A DNA stretch of 64,000 nt from Nitrososphaeria archaeon (GCA_050011875.1 JBEKIG010000007.1:52260-116259), one strand, 5' to 3'; positions 10,356 to 21,665 are shown, counted from the stretch's first letter. Numbers and translations are program-made. Notes: generated from the letters alone by a model not told the origin.

Positions 10356-11171
10356 ATGGAACCATCATCAATCGACGTCATAATGTTAACTAAAAACAGT
10401 ATCAAACCATGTCTAATTGAATGTTTAGATTCACTATACAAAGGTATACCTATGAATAACTTAATAGTAGTTGATGGAGGAAGTACCGACGGAACATTAG
10501 AGCTTCTATCAAATTATCCAAGAATAAGACTTCTTATGGATGAAAAAGGAAATAGAGCGACGTCAAGACAAATTGGCATAAATAATGTAACAACAGATTG
10601 GTTCATGTTTATAGATAGCGATGTCATATTATGTGATAAATGGTTTGACTTAGTGAAAAAGTATCTTGACAGACCATCCATTGGTGCAATCTGGGGCGCA
10701 GCACTCCAAAGAGCAGAAGCTTACCAAATACGATACTCTACCATGGCAAAACTCTATGGCAAAGATGAAGAATGGATCGCCGTAAGAGCAGGACAACTTA
10801 GAGGATTAACTCATGACACTATCATAAGAAGGAAAGCTATAGAAGGAATAAAAATTCCAACAAACCTGCATGTACTAGAAGATCATTATATCCGGTTGTA
10901 CGTTGAAGGCAAAGGATATAAGTGGATTTCTACAAATAGGCCTTTTTGCTATCACATAGCTAATGAAAGAGAACGTCCAAAAGATTGGTATATTTTTGGA
11001 CAAGCCTCTAAAACACTAGGCCTAGTCAAATCTAAGAATATAATTATGTATATACTGTTAGGGCCATACAAGTCCTTATTGATATACTTAAACAGCAGAA
11101 ATTGGGGTGCTGCTAAAACACAATACCTAACTTACATATACATAATCAAAGGATGGTTTAATCCAACCTAA
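10356..11171 (+). CDS. Glycosyltransferase family 2
   Basis: VVDGGSTDGT and FIDSDV (DxD) motifs. Confidence 0.9.
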   Translation: MEPSSIDVIMLTKNSIKPCLIECLDSLYKGIPMNNLIVVDGGSTDGTLELLSNYPRIRLLMDEKGNRATSRQIGINNVTTDWFMFIDSDVILCDKWFDLVKKYLDRPSIGAIWGAALQRAEAYQIRYSTMAKLYGKDEEWIAVRAGQLRGLTHDTIIRRKAIEGIKIPTNLHVLEDHYIRLYVEGKGYKWISTNRPFCYHIANERERPKDWYIFGQASKTLGLVKSKNIIMYILLGPYKSLLIYLNSRNWGAAKTQYLTYIYIIKGWFNPT

Positions 11172-11248
11172 TTTTAACAGATTATCTTAAGAGTATGATA
11201 AGCTTAAACGTCGATTGTTCCTGTTATCAAGGTCAATAAGCATAGTGG

Positions 11249-12253
11249 TTACGACTTAAAAGATTGTGGTCTTGATTCTTTTCCCGATATTTTATAGAGG
11301 ATATAGCCATAAGAGATAGCCACCCCTGGCAATAAATAATAAATGAAACTAACGAAGCCATATAGGCGGTTACGTTTTGCCTTAAAAATGTGGTATACCA
11401 ATAGAGGTATGAAGTATAAGAGAGCAATGGGCCAATAGAAGAAAGAAACGATAAGTACGAAGGGCAGAAAGAAATAAATAATTAGCCTAAAGTAGTGTGT
11501 TCTAGAACGTGTGCCCAAGAATCCATCATAGATACGGGGCATTTGTCTAAAGCAATATTTGACATATTTAAGATAATTGAGTCTTTTGGTTGTAGCCACA
11601 TAACCCCTCGAATGCTTAAAAACTTCGGGCTTAAGATGTATACAATGGGTTCGACTATCTGCCACCGTCTTAAGCTTTGCCCCTTTAACTCGTAAGAAGA
11701 ATTCAGTATCTTCGGAATAGTCCATTTTCTCGTCGAATCCTCCTATTTTGTCAAAAGTCTCTTTTTTTATCATGGTGAAGCCTAGTCCTAAACCAGAAAC
11801 ATTCGTGAAACCATCATTCAACCGCATCATGTATATTTTCTCATCCAGCTTTTGTTCGCCTTCTAGGTAGTATGGATACCCTATGGCAACTACATCTTTC
11901 TCATTCAACAAATATTCTACTAACCGCTTAACTGATTCACTGTCCGGTGCCAAAACATCACTATCCCAGAATAAAATAAAGTCACCAACCATATTTCTCA
12001 GGCATATGTTTCTTGCCTGCGGTATGTTTGACTTTTCCCTAAGAAGTGAAATCTCCAAATAAGCATCTCTCTCTTTCTCTGAGAAACTCTGTAGAACTTC
12101 AAATGTTCCATCTGTAGAATAGTTGTCTACAAACACTATCTTAGTCCTCTTCCTAGGATAAGCCTGACTTAAAATAGAAGTCAATACACTTTCTATACAA
12201 TATCTCCTATTAAATACCGGTACAGCTATTGTTATTACTGGTAGAGAATCCAA
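11249..12253 (-). CDS. Glycosyltransferase family 2 with C-terminal TM helices
   Basis: VDNYSTDGT, WDSDV and GGFDE...ED motifs; hydrophobic C-terminus. Confidence 0.9.
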   Translation of the reverse strand: MDSLPVITIAVPVFNRRYCIESVLTSILSQAYPRKRTKIVFVDNYSTDGTFEVLQSFSEKERDAYLEISLLREKSNIPQARNICLRNMVGDFILFWDSDVLAPDSESVKRLVEYLLNEKDVVAIGYPYYLEGEQKLDEKIYMMRLNDGFTNVSGLGLGFTMIKKETFDKIGGFDEKMDYSEDTEFFLRVKGAKLKTVADSRTHCIHLKPEVFKHSRGYVATTKRLNYLKYVKYCFRQMPRIYDGFLGTRSRTHYFRLIIYFFLPFVLIVSFFYWPIALLYFIPLLVYHIFKAKRNRLYGFVSFIYYLLPGVAISYGYILYKISGKESRPQSFKS

Positions 12254-12490
12254 CTTGTTCGCTTATAAATAAAGTTTCGAATAGGATATATTATAAGGTT
12301 TGCTAACTTGAAATTAATAGTAGGTTAATAATAATATGACCGCATTTTTTGATTGCCTTGCGAAAAGTTTATACAATCAGCTATCTCCACGAATAAAAAC
12401 CGATTGATTTCCATATAGTAATCTTTTTTGCAATCTGATTTATGAGTAAATGAGATAGTTTAGCGTAAATTCAGCAACGGAGAGCTTCTA

Positions 12491-12715
12491 CTAGCTAAAG
12501 TGAGCTAATAGTGCTTGCATACCCTGCGGTGTCAAAAATAAGCGCCCATCAGTCAGCTCAGACACATAACCCTTTTCCTTAAAAAATTCTAGTTTGTTTA
12601 ACTCAGATAACAACTTTTTCTTATCAATAGCCTCTTTTTCTGATACAGCATGATGAGTGAACATCAGCTCCTCTAATAATGTATACACCCTGTCAGACCT
12701 CAAATCTCTTGGCAT
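12491..12715 (-). CDS. Small hypothetical protein, winged-helix-like
   Basis: 74 aa with a KGYV...GRLFLTPQG wing-like pattern. Confidence 0.55.
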   Translation of the reverse strand: MPRDLRSDRVYTLLEELMFTHHAVSEKEAIDKKKLLSELNKLEFFKEKGYVSELTDGRLFLTPQGMQALLAHFS

Positions 12716-12805
12716 TTTACTACCAAATCTCTTATTACAACTTGCCCTTTATTAATCTTAGCTATTAGATAAGACTCACCCATTACCATCTATTACCATC
12801 ACCCA

Positions 12806-14392
12806 TTACTCTCTTTTGAAGATTGAAATGAGATTAGATTCATAAGTCAGCACAAGATTTATCAGAGGCTGGATTAACTTAATTCTTTTTAATAATAATC
12901 TAAAATTTTCTATGTCAGATTCTTCTATAGCCTTAACTGCAGGCAGCAGCGTTAAGTAGAGGAAAACAAATACACATGCATACAGAATTAAACCCAAGAA
13001 TCTGTAGTAAAACTGCTGGCTGGCTGATTGGACATACAATGAAAGGAGCAGAGTTGGAATCGCTGACAAGATAGACGCCAAATATATTCGAGAAGACGAC
13101 TTCAGATCAAATTTGACTTGAAGCTTTTTTATAATGGCCCATAAACTGTAAGCAAAAGAGCAGGTAAATGAAATTATTATTGCAATAAGAAATCCAGGCA
13201 CACCGTAAAATTTTGTAAGAAGAAAAGCTAGTGGTAGAAAAATAATCATATTAATTAAACCACTGTATAGAGAAATTCTTGTTTCACCAGATCCATAAAT
13301 TATGTAATTAATGACAACAGACCCAAAGCCAGCGTATAGGTTAGTTAGAACATAAAGAGAAAGAAAAAGAGGGGCTGAAGTATAGACTCGCCCATAGAGA
13401 GTAAATACGATATCTTTTGATAGGATAGCAGTAATCAACGTACCAGGAACTACAAATATGGCAGTATATTTTACAGAAAATTTGAACAGACTATTGAGTT
13501 CAGAAGTACCACGCTTTACTTTAGAGAAAGCAGGAAAGAGTGCGGCAGCCGGATAGGTCAGCACACTAATTAATGTAAGTAGTCCGGTAGCAACATTAAA
13601 GTTACCGATATCCATATTAGAAACGAAAAGTGCTAATATCAAGAGCTGAATTTGTGAAATTACAGTGCCAAGCAAATTTGAGACATATAAGGGGAACCCG
13701 TAGGATATCATCAACCTCATATTTTCAATGAATTTGTTATTAGAGGGTTTACCTAATCCTTTATAGAGCTTGTAAAAGAAAATTCCACCAAGGCAACAAG
13801 CAAAGATATAACTGATTACATGACTAGTTAATGCGCCAAACACACCAAAACCTAATACCAAAAGTAAAGCGGATAAAACAGTCTTTACCAAAGCTTGTAT
13901 GTTAAGTATTATAGCATTACCCTCCATTTTATCTAATCCAATAAAAGAAGAACTCAAATAGTTGAAGGAAGTCTGAAGCAATATCATAAGAGATGAGAGC
14001 TTTATGAACAGACCCATACTTGGCCTGTTGAGAACATAAGTGGCCAATGAATCTGAGAATAAGAAACAAAGAATAGAGAATATTACACTTGTAAAGAATA
14101 TATAGAAAAAACCAGATTTTAATATACTGGCTGCGAGGTCATTTCTACCTTCGGCTCTGAACTTCGCGGCGAATCTCGTCAAGGCAGTTCCGACACCAAG
14201 ATCAAGGAAGTAAAGTATTAGATTGGGAACCACCAAGGCTAGAACAAAAAGACCGTAGCCATTAGGCCCCAGAAGTCTAGCCACGATAATAGAGCATATT
14301 GCAAGGATAACTAAGGAAAGGAAATATCCTACAAACAGAAGTATGCCTCCTCGCGCAGAACTCTGAATAGTATCAGAAAAGCTCTCCGTCAT
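12806..14392 (-). CDS. Oligosaccharide flippase (Wzx/RfbX, MOP superfamily)
   Basis: Many predicted TM segments; ARLLGPNGYG and DLGVGTALTRF motifs. Confidence 0.9.
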   Translation of the reverse strand: MTESFSDTIQSSARGGILLFVGYFLSLVILAICSIIVARLLGPNGYGLFVLALVVPNLILYFLDLGVGTALTRFAAKFRAEGRNDLAASILKSGFFYIFFTSVIFSILCFLFSDSLATYVLNRPSMGLFIKLSSLMILLQTSFNYLSSSFIGLDKMEGNAIILNIQALVKTVLSALLLVLGFGVFGALTSHVISYIFACCLGGIFFYKLYKGLGKPSNNKFIENMRLMISYGFPLYVSNLLGTVISQIQLLILALFVSNMDIGNFNVATGLLTLISVLTYPAAALFPAFSKVKRGTSELNSLFKFSVKYTAIFVVPGTLITAILSKDIVFTLYGRVYTSAPLFLSLYVLTNLYAGFGSVVINYIIYGSGETRISLYSGLINMIIFLPLAFLLTKFYGVPGFLIAIIISFTCSFAYSLWAIIKKLQVKFDLKSSSRIYLASILSAIPTLLLSLYVQSASQQFYYRFLGLILYACVFVFLYLTLLPAVKAIEESDIENFRLLLKRIKLIQPLINLVLTYESNLISIFKRE

Positions 14393-14402
14393 TATAGCAC
14401 CA

Positions 14403-15134
14403 CTACTTTCTTAAATTTGAAAAATACCTTTTTGCGTTATTATAAGATTGCATAGTACCTATATCCCACCATGCACCCTCTAGAAGATATCCGTATACAA
14501 GTTCTTTCTTGCAAAACCATTCTATGAACCTACCTGGAGAATCAGGGTTAAGCCCGCCCTCAATATATTCTTCCAGTCTTGTTAAAATCCTGTTTGGAAA
14601 AATGTATAAGCAGGTGCCAATCATGGTTGTCTTAGGATTTTCAGGTTTTTCTGTAAACTCCAAGATCCTGTTATCAGCGTTTATGATAACAGTCGAATAG
14701 TTCTTAACGACCCTAAAATCTCTTATATCATATAAGCCTACGATAGGAACTTTCAGTTGTCTGTATACTTCTATCATATCTCTCAAGCTACTAGTAAACA
14801 GATTATCGCCAGCAACAACAAGATAGTCATCCTTCACAACAGCAGTCAAATTTGCCAGAGCCTTTACAGCTCCAACCTTCTCCCTTTCGCTTCTAGCTGC
14901 TTCTGCTATGATCATAATATCTTTTCTTCCGCTTTTTGAAAGCCACGCATCAAAATTGGGCTTAAATTTCGTATTTGTTGATATAGTAATATCCTCGATC
15001 TCTAGCTCATCAATCTTGTCTAACAAATATTCGATTATGGGCTTACCAGCAACAGGAAGAAGAGGTTTAGGCCTGTCAATTGTCAAAGGCCAAAGTCTCC
15101 TTGCAAACCCTCCTGCTAGGATCACAGCCTTCAT
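14403..15134 (-). CDS. Sugar-phosphate nucleotidyltransferase (NTP_transferase domain only)
   Basis: ILAGGFARRLWPLT...PKPLLPV, EKP and WWDIGT motifs. Confidence 0.9.
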   Translation of the reverse strand: MKAVILAGGFARRLWPLTIDRPKPLLPVAGKPIIEYLLDKIDELEIEDITISTNTKFKPNFDAWLSKSGRKDIMIIAEAARSEREKVGAVKALANLTAVVKDDYLVVAGDNLFTSSLRDMIEVYRQLKVPIVGLYDIRDFRVVKNYSTVIINADNRILEFTEKPENPKTTMIGTCLYIFPNRILTRLEEYIEGGLNPDSPGRFIEWFCKKELVYGYLLEGAWWDIGTMQSYNNAKRYFSNLRK

Positions 15135-15289
15135 TAAAACATAACACCCCAGCCAACTAAAGATGATAAAAGGAGTGTATTAAACAATATCAGACTTAAT
15201 AAGGGAATGCTCAAGAATTCCTTATCGAGCTACTACAAAAAGCTTTATGCACGTATACTTCTAATTCCTCTTGAAGACTTTATGTGCTT

Positions 15290-17203
15290 TTATTTTGAAG
15301 AACGACCTCCTCTTAGATGCCTTAACAGATCTAGCATTTCCTCATATGTTTTAAAGACTCTCTTACTTCTTGTCGTCTTCTGGAGCTTTTCTACAATTAG
15401 TTCTGGAGAACTTGTACCCAATCTGTTGAATGTAGGCTGTCTGTCAACAATAAGGTTCCCCTCTTCGTCTATGCCCGTAGCTTCTATACCATCAACCCTA
15501 AATTCAGTTTTAAGATATGGAATTGTGTCACCTGCAAGATGAGTGACAAACAGTGCAAGACTCTGCTTCGGTAGATTGTTAAGAAATACCGCCACAATCC
15601 TAGCGATTGCCTTTGGTTCAGTTAATGCTTCAAACTCGTCCATCAGAATAAGCTTCCTTTCTCTTCTAGAAAGTATTGGAATTGTTGATTTTAGTGCATG
15701 TTCTAAACTGCCTATCTTCCTGACAGTTCTCCTTCTGAAAAGGTATATGCTTATTATCGGAGACTCTGCTTTATATGCTGGAACAGGAAGACCGAGCATA
15801 GACATTGTTGCAACTTGAGCCACCGTTGTAAGTAGGGTTGTTTTACCGCCACTGTTAGCGCCCGTTAGCAGGACGACTTTAGACGTGTTAGCACCAAATA
15901 TCTCCAAGTCCGTGCGCCCTATCGAATAGTCTACGTTCTGTATTTTGACTTGTCCTTTAAGCTCGTCTTGAATTAGAAAGATGTTTCTTCCACCGATGAA
16001 CCCTATGCCTTCTTCTACGGTCTTCGCGAAGGATAGATGGTATTCTTCCTTGAAATTGAAAATAGATAAAATTAGATCGAATTCATAAAGTTCTTCGGCG
16101 ATCTCTCCCAACATGTCAAGATATTTTGATAGATCACGAGAAACTCTGAGGTATTCCATGAACGAGGCCTTTGCCTTGCTCTTCTCTAGTCCTTCAACGA
16201 TCTGGTTTACCATGTAGGTTGAAAAGTAAAATGGTGTTCTGGCGTTCTCTAAGGCATCTCTGACCAGCGTCGATAGTCTCTTCTCATCTAGGCCCAATTT
16301 CGACCCAAGTCTCCCAATAACATCAGAAATTAGGCTTTTATACTCTCTAGAATCCGAATTCGATTTCATCATGCTTTCTATACCTTCATTAATTTCAAGT
16401 TCGCCCTCCTCTATTGTAGATCTAGGATCAACTCTATCCAGCTTCATGTTTCCAAGGAGATTTAGCATATTGCTTGCATCTTCAACATTTGAAAAAAGAC
16501 CGTATAGTTCAAGCTCTTTTTCCTTGAACATTCTTCCGATCGTCTGGTACGCTTCTAAGACGGTCTTGAAGGATTCAAATATCCCGATGAACCTGTCTGG
16601 CACAAGTTCGAAGAACTCAAAGGATCCTTGGAGTGATATACAATCTTTAACTTCACCAAAGCCAACACAAATAAGTAAATCTTTACCTTTTGAAAGCTCT
16701 GCAATATCCTTTTTAGAGACAACGTCGACGTGCAAACCCTTGCTTATACTGGACAGGGACTGCCTAAGTTCCTCGCTACTAACAGCTATAGAAGAATTTA
16801 ACGGAGGCTTTACTGTAACCAATTTAACATTTTTTATAACATCTCTGGCCAAAGAAGAAATCTCCTTATTCGATTTGAGGGTTGTGAAGATATTATTGAG
16901 GAAAGAGATTCTCTCATTCAACTTTCCGGCATTTGAAAATGGTGTAAGGGTGAGAATCCTGTCTTCAGTAACCTTGTTACCACAGTATGGAGTGACAAGC
17001 TTCAGGATGTCTTTTAAAAGTTGTATTGAATCGGAAGTCCTAAATACTTCCCTGTTATCTGAACCAGTGAATTCACTCCTATACCGTTGGATAAGCTTTA
17101 GAGCCTCTTTTCTATCAACATTTTTGGTATATGAAATTCCTTCTAAGAAGGGTAACCTTATATAAATGTCAAAGAGGATGTCCTCAACACCCTTTAGTGT
17201 CAT
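15290..17203 (-). CDS. MutS-family ATPase (archaeal MutS5-like, C-terminal domain V)
   Basis: TGANSGGKTTLL Walker A, LMDEFE Walker B and FVTHL; no recognisable mismatch-binding or Smr domain. Confidence 0.8.
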   Translation of the reverse strand: MTLKGVEDILFDIYIRLPFLEGISYTKNVDRKEALKLIQRYRSEFTGSDNREVFRTSDSIQLLKDILKLVTPYCGNKVTEDRILTLTPFSNAGKLNERISFLNNIFTTLKSNKEISSLARDVIKNVKLVTVKPPLNSSIAVSSEELRQSLSSISKGLHVDVVSKKDIAELSKGKDLLICVGFGEVKDCISLQGSFEFFELVPDRFIGIFESFKTVLEAYQTIGRMFKEKELELYGLFSNVEDASNMLNLLGNMKLDRVDPRSTIEEGELEINEGIESMMKSNSDSREYKSLISDVIGRLGSKLGLDEKRLSTLVRDALENARTPFYFSTYMVNQIVEGLEKSKAKASFMEYLRVSRDLSKYLDMLGEIAEELYEFDLILSIFNFKEEYHLSFAKTVEEGIGFIGGRNIFLIQDELKGQVKIQNVDYSIGRTDLEIFGANTSKVVLLTGANSGGKTTLLTTVAQVATMSMLGLPVPAYKAESPIISIYLFRRRTVRKIGSLEHALKSTIPILSRRERKLILMDEFEALTEPKAIARIVAVFLNNLPKQSLALFVTHLAGDTIPYLKTEFRVDGIEATGIDEEGNLIVDRQPTFNRLGTSSPELIVEKLQKTTRSKRVFKTYEEMLDLLRHLRGGRSSK

Positions 17204-17330
17204 AATTGAATTATGGCCTAGAAAGGTGTTTTAAGCTTTATCACAGAAAGTTCACACACCTCTAATATTATTAAAAAAGAATTATAAACAACATACGAGA
17301 AACATGTTACTTGAGGTGTTTAGGTAGATC

Positions 17331-18298
17331 ATGTTTTTTGGACAAGGGAATTACACATATAATGTTATAGAAGGATGGGGAAAACACTTCTATTCACCTT
17401 CCGTCGAAGTTTCAGGATTAGCAATTGACGGAAAAGACAACGTGTACATTCTTACGAGGGGACTTGACCCTGTTTTGGTTTACGATTGCAACGGAAGCTT
17501 TATCAGATGTTTTTGGGAAGGGAATTTGCTAGTTGGCCACATGGCCTATGCATTACACCAGATAGTTTCCTTCTCTCTGCAGACGGAGACCATACCGTAA
17601 AAAAGTTTACTCCAGAAGGGGAACTTATGATGATATTAGGTAAGAGAAACCAGCCTTCTAACACTGGATGTGTCGGCAAAGATTATAGTACAATCAAACA
17701 GGCTGCGGGCCCATTTAACTATCCAACTGACATTGCCTTAGATGATGAACAGAACATTTATGTATCAGATGGCTACGGAAATTGCAGAGTACACGTTTTT
17801 TCTAAGGAAGGGGAGTTTATTTGTTCTTGGGGGGAACCAGCAAGAAGGCCGGGACAGTTCAACCTACCCCACGGTATATTCGTCCATGACCGTATAGTAT
17901 ACGTGGCTGACAGAGAAAATTCTCGCATCCAGCTATTTGATACCAAAGGAGAGTTTCTTAACGAATGAAGTGTTAATAGGCCCACAGACGTTTACGTACA
18001 TGATAAGGAAGTCTACGTTAGTGAGTTAGGATATAATACGGGCTTAAGACTGATATCAACTGAGCCTAAGGACAGTGTTAAAACTGCGAGGGTGAGCATC
18101 TTTAGCTTGGACGGCGAGCTTCTCTCAAGGTGGGGAACAGATGATCGTCTGTCGCCAGGAAGCTTCTATGTGCCACACGCGCTCTGTGTGGATTCTAAAG
18201 GAAGCATCTATGTAGGAGAAGTCATCATAACATCACCGGAGAAGGGAAAAGTGCCTGGAAACGGTCATTCTTTACAAAAGTTTACGCCAAAACCATAA
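17331..18298 (+). pseudogene. NHL-repeat beta-propeller protein, disrupted
   Basis: Three consecutive ORFs form one NHL protein (FNYPTDIA, FNLPHGI, VADRENSRIQ, FYVPHAL); frameshift near 17510-17520 and in-frame TGA at 17966-17968 where Trp is expected. Confidence 0.88.
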
Positions 18299-18415
18299 AT
18301 AATTTGGCAGGCAATTAGATGACTCCTTACCAATTTCTGTTTGCTACATCATTCTCACTGTTCTTCAAAATATATGTCAACCAAGGATAACAGAAAAAAG
18401 GATAGAAGGATGGAT

Positions 18416-18742
18416 CTAAGATCTTTTTAGTTCTTTGCCACATTTATAGCAGAAGCGTGAATCGAATCGGTTCTTTTCTCCACACTGTAGGCAGATTATT
18501 GGCGCCCTTCCGGTTGATTCTTGAATATTCTTTTTAGTTGTTTCGAAAGCCTTCTCTATTTCCTTAGCTGCTAGAGTGAAAGCCTTCTCCATCTCTTGGC
18601 CCATCTTGTTAAAGGCTTCCCTGAGTTCATCAGAAGGGGCTACAACACCTGCTTCAACACCTAATACAGTTCTAGCACCACATTTTGGACAAAAGTTCGC
18701 ATCTTCAGTAAGAGGTTGGCCACATTTTGAGCAGAATCCCAT
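18416..18742 (-). CDS. Double zinc-ribbon protein with central helical linker
   Basis: CSKCG...FCPKCG at the N-terminus and CLQCG...FCYKCG at the C-terminus. Confidence 0.85.
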   Translation of the reverse strand: MGFCSKCGQPLTEDANFCPKCGARTVLGVEAGVVAPSDELREAFNKMGQEMEKAFTLAAKEIEKAFETTKKNIQESTGRAPIICLQCGEKNRFDSRFCYKCGKELKRS

Positions 18743-18900
18743 AACAATTACCAGTTTTATAGAACATTAGGAGGGATTTAAATTTTATTCTATCCGTCAC
18801 CTTCCTGTTATAAGCGAGGGGGAGATATTTGGATAAATCCCCAACATTAAACTGATCTAATGCTTTTAAGTTGTTTAGCGACAGAACTCAGATTAAATAC

Positions 18901-19995
18901 TTATTTTATGTAGAAATCTGCTAATACGGTGAAGGGCCTTAAGCTAGCCTTAAGATCGTCATCAGTAACTGTTAGATTGGAAATCCTATCAAGTATTTTT
19001 CTACGAAGTTTACTTGGTACGAATGAGGAGTAAGCCACATAACTAAGTTTTTTTGGCATGACAATTAGAGGATTATACAAGCCTTTAACTGAACTGCAGA
19101 AGATATTTTGTGTATACGCGTCAAAAAAGGCTCTTGTGATTATTCTGCCCTTGAAACCTTGGAATGGTCTATAGGGCAAGGATAGCATAAAAAATGTAGG
19201 TGTTGAAAGAGCTTTAATCATGCCACTTAAGTAGTGTCTCCTAAGGACATATCTATTTCTTATTTGAAGGTATTCTGTAAGGTCTGGAACCTTTCTGAAG
19301 GATTTTGAAACATGATGAAGGCCGACGGTTATAGGAATGAAAATGGACTTAAGACCATAGCTCCACATATTAAACGCTAGATCTGATTCGTCCCAGCATT
19401 CGAAAAGTTTGGGCTCGAAGAAGAGTCCTTTAACCTCCCTGATCACTTTGACTTTGGAAGCGAAGCATTCGCCACTAGCGTAAGAAATAAATGAGCTTTT
19501 GTAAGGGCATTCAGAAACTTGCATTCCATTATATCTTCTAATTACGCTAAAATTCCAGTCCACAAAATAACCTGCGTCACTTACGTGAAAACCGTCACCA
19601 GCCAAGTTTAATCCCTGAGCTAATACAATATCTTCACTCCGTTCAAGAAGGCCGATAAGATCTTTAACAAAATCTCTATTGGTGATGATAAAATCATTAT
19701 GCATGAAGATCGCATACTCTGGGGAACCTTTTTTATCATCATACCTTCTAAATCCTAGCTCGTTACCCCCCGAGTAGCCATGATTTCGATCTAACTTTAT
19801 TAGAATTATATCCTTTCCAAACCTATCTTCTATGGTTTCAAAGCTGCCGTCAGAAGATGCGTTATCGATGACAACAACATCCAGTGAAGGATGATTGATA
19901 CTTAGAGCACTTTCGATAGATTTGCGGACTATAGACTTAAAATCTGAGCTATTATAGTTGAGTATGAAGACGACAACTTTAGGTCTAAGCATCAA
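18901..19995 (-). CDS. Glycosyltransferase family 2
   Basis: ILNYN, IDNASSDGS and NHGYSGGN motifs. Confidence 0.85.
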   Translation of the reverse strand: MMLRPKVVVFILNYNSSDFKSIVRKSIESALSINHPSLDVVVIDNASSDGSFETIEDRFGKDIILIKLDRNHGYSGGNELGFRRYDDKKGSPEYAIFMHNDFIITNRDFVKDLIGLLERSEDIVLAQGLNLAGDGFHVSDAGYFVDWNFSVIRRYNGMQVSECPYKSSFISYASGECFASKVKVIREVKGLFFEPKLFECWDESDLAFNMWSYGLKSIFIPITVGLHHVSKSFRKVPDLTEYLQIRNRYVLRRHYLSGMIKALSTPTFFMLSLPYRPFQGFKGRIITRAFFDAYTQNIFCSSVKGLYNPLIVMPKKLSYVAYSSFVPSKLRRKILDRISNLTVTDDDLKASLRPFTVLADFYIK

Positions 19996-20100
19996 ACTAT
20001 CCTATACTCTCCACTTCTCTAATCTAAAAACGTATCTTTAGGCTTTATTATAGAGATTGCTAATAGAATATAATATAAGGGTGTGAACCATGATAAAATT

Positions 20101-21363
20101 TTATTCATTTATTACACCAGATCTTGGAATCTTAACTGTAAACGTTGAACCTGCACCTACTTTACTTTCAAAATCAATCGAACCATTATGTATTTCAATC
20201 AGCCGTTTACAGACGGAAAGCCCCAAACCTTGACCTTTAGATTTGGTTGTAAACAAAGGAGTAAAAAGCTTATGAAAATTCTCCTTAGGTATTCCGACGC
20301 CTGTGTCTTGGACGCTAATGAGAGCCATATCATTCTCCACGGAACCCCTGACTGTAAGTTTGCCGCCGTCTGGCATCGCTTGAACAGCGTTATTGAACAG
20401 GTTCACGAACACTCTCTTCATCATCAGCGAATCAACCATCAAAAAAGGGAAGCCATCGCTGATGTCAATTGCAACCTTAACATTTTCAGGCACATTCACC
20501 ATCGACAGAGCATTAACTATTAGTTGGCGCATGTTGATGATTGTGAATACTGGCTCTATTGGCCTGCCAAAATCTTGAAGATCCAACACAATCTTGTTCA
20601 TGTAATCTATCTGTTCGCGGCAAGCTACTATAAGTTGATCTAAGCCTTCCCTCTTAACAACTTCTCGTGTTCCAAGGGGAAGAGTTTCAATCCTAGTCTC
20701 AGCTAGATATAGGAGGTTAACTAGAACCTGTAATGGATTACGAAGATCATGGCCTACCATGGTCGAGACCTGCCCTATCGCAATTATCCTTTCTGCTTCT
20801 TTAAGTTCCTTAGTTCTCTCATCGACTATCTCTTCTAGGTGCTCAGTATGTTTTCTAAGCTTTTCCTCAATCCTCTTACGCTCTGTAATATCTCTCCCTA
20901 TGCCTTCAAGAACTATTAACTTGCCAGTGGGATCAGAAACTGGGATGTTAACCTGCTCTGTCCACACCAGACGGCCATCTTTACGCTTCCATCTCAGCTC
21001 TTGTCGAATATGCCCCTTTTTGTTAGGTGATTGAACCATCATTTCAGCCAATTTTGGGGCGTCATCAGGGTGAATAATCTTCCACCAAAGGTTTTTATCA
21101 TTGTAATGTTCTTTAGGAGTATAGCCCAATATCTTTGTAGAAGCAGAATTAACGTACTCAAACCCCTCTTCAGGACGATACAGAAAGATTAGGTCGTCAG
21201 CGTTTTCAGCAAGCCTACGGAAACGTTCTTCAGATATACCGCTAGGTAAGTACACATCATTTTGATTCTGGAAATCTTTATTCCGAATAGACATACTGTT
21301 ATAGCCTATTATAATAGATGCTGGATGTTTAAATCTATATGCATTATGAAAAATAAGACGCAT
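20101..21363 (-). CDS. Cytoplasmic PAS-domain histidine kinase
   Basis: PAS (IHPDD...GRDITERK), H-box GHDLRNPL, N box, DTGVG, LFTPLFTTK and GQGLGL; true start may be 21294. Confidence 0.92.
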   Translation of the reverse strand: MRLIFHNAYRFKHPASIIIGYNSMSIRNKDFQNQNDVYLPSGISEERFRRLAENADDLIFLYRPEEGFEYVNSASTKILGYTPKEHYNDKNLWWKIIHPDDAPKLAEMMVQSPNKKGHIRQELRWKRKDGRLVWTEQVNIPVSDPTGKLIVLEGIGRDITERKRIEEKLRKHTEHLEEIVDERTKELKEAERIIAIGQVSTMVGHDLRNPLQVLVNLLYLAETRIETLPLGTREVVKREGLDQLIVACREQIDYMNKIVLDLQDFGRPIEPVFTIINMRQLIVNALSMVNVPENVKVAIDISDGFPFLMVDSLMMKRVFVNLFNNAVQAMPDGGKLTVRGSVENDMALISVQDTGVGIPKENFHKLFTPLFTTKSKGQGLGLSVCKRLIEIHNGSIDFESKVGAGSTFTVKIPRSGVINE

Positions 21364-21441
21364 ACATTAGCTGACAGGTTATATTTGCCATAGTAATCAA
21401 AATCTTGTCTCTAATACTTTATTGCAAGGAACTAAGTGAAC

Positions 21442-21649
21442 TTAGAATCACAGAAGAATATTCAACCCAAAATAAACCTTCTTCCCTTAAGTACGATGCT
21501 ATCATTGGACATTATCTTGTAGTTTGAGCCTATTAAACTATCGACAATTCTTTCTTGAACGTCTATTACACAGCCTTCCATAACAATAGAATTTTGATTT
21601 CTCCACTTTTAATGTTGCAGCTGTTCCCTATACTCGTATATGGACCAAG
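21442..21649 (-). pseudogene. rfbA: C-terminal remnant of long-form glucose-1-phosphate thymidylyltransferase
   Basis: Manual translation LGPYTSIGNSCNIKSGEI/(fs)NSIVMEGCVIDVQERIVDSLIG...RFILG; immediately downstream of rfbD; catalytic domain missing. Confidence 0.75.
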
Positions 21650-21665
21650 TTAAATTATTATCCCA

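Noticed and set aside
12777-12809. Short ATTACCATC/CACCCATTAC repeats after the flippase gene
   Set aside because: Too short; consistent with local slippage
16371-17165. 264-aa plus-strand ORF and the many other antisense ORFs in the track
   Set aside because: They are shadows of well-supported opposite-strand genes, Ser/Ile/Phe-rich and without motifs
17505-17525. Programmed frameshift in the NHL gene
   Set aside because: No canonical slippery heptamer, and the gene also carries a nonsense codon
20101-21363. Histidine kinase with no adjacent response regulator
   Set aside because: Orphan PAS kinases are common in archaea
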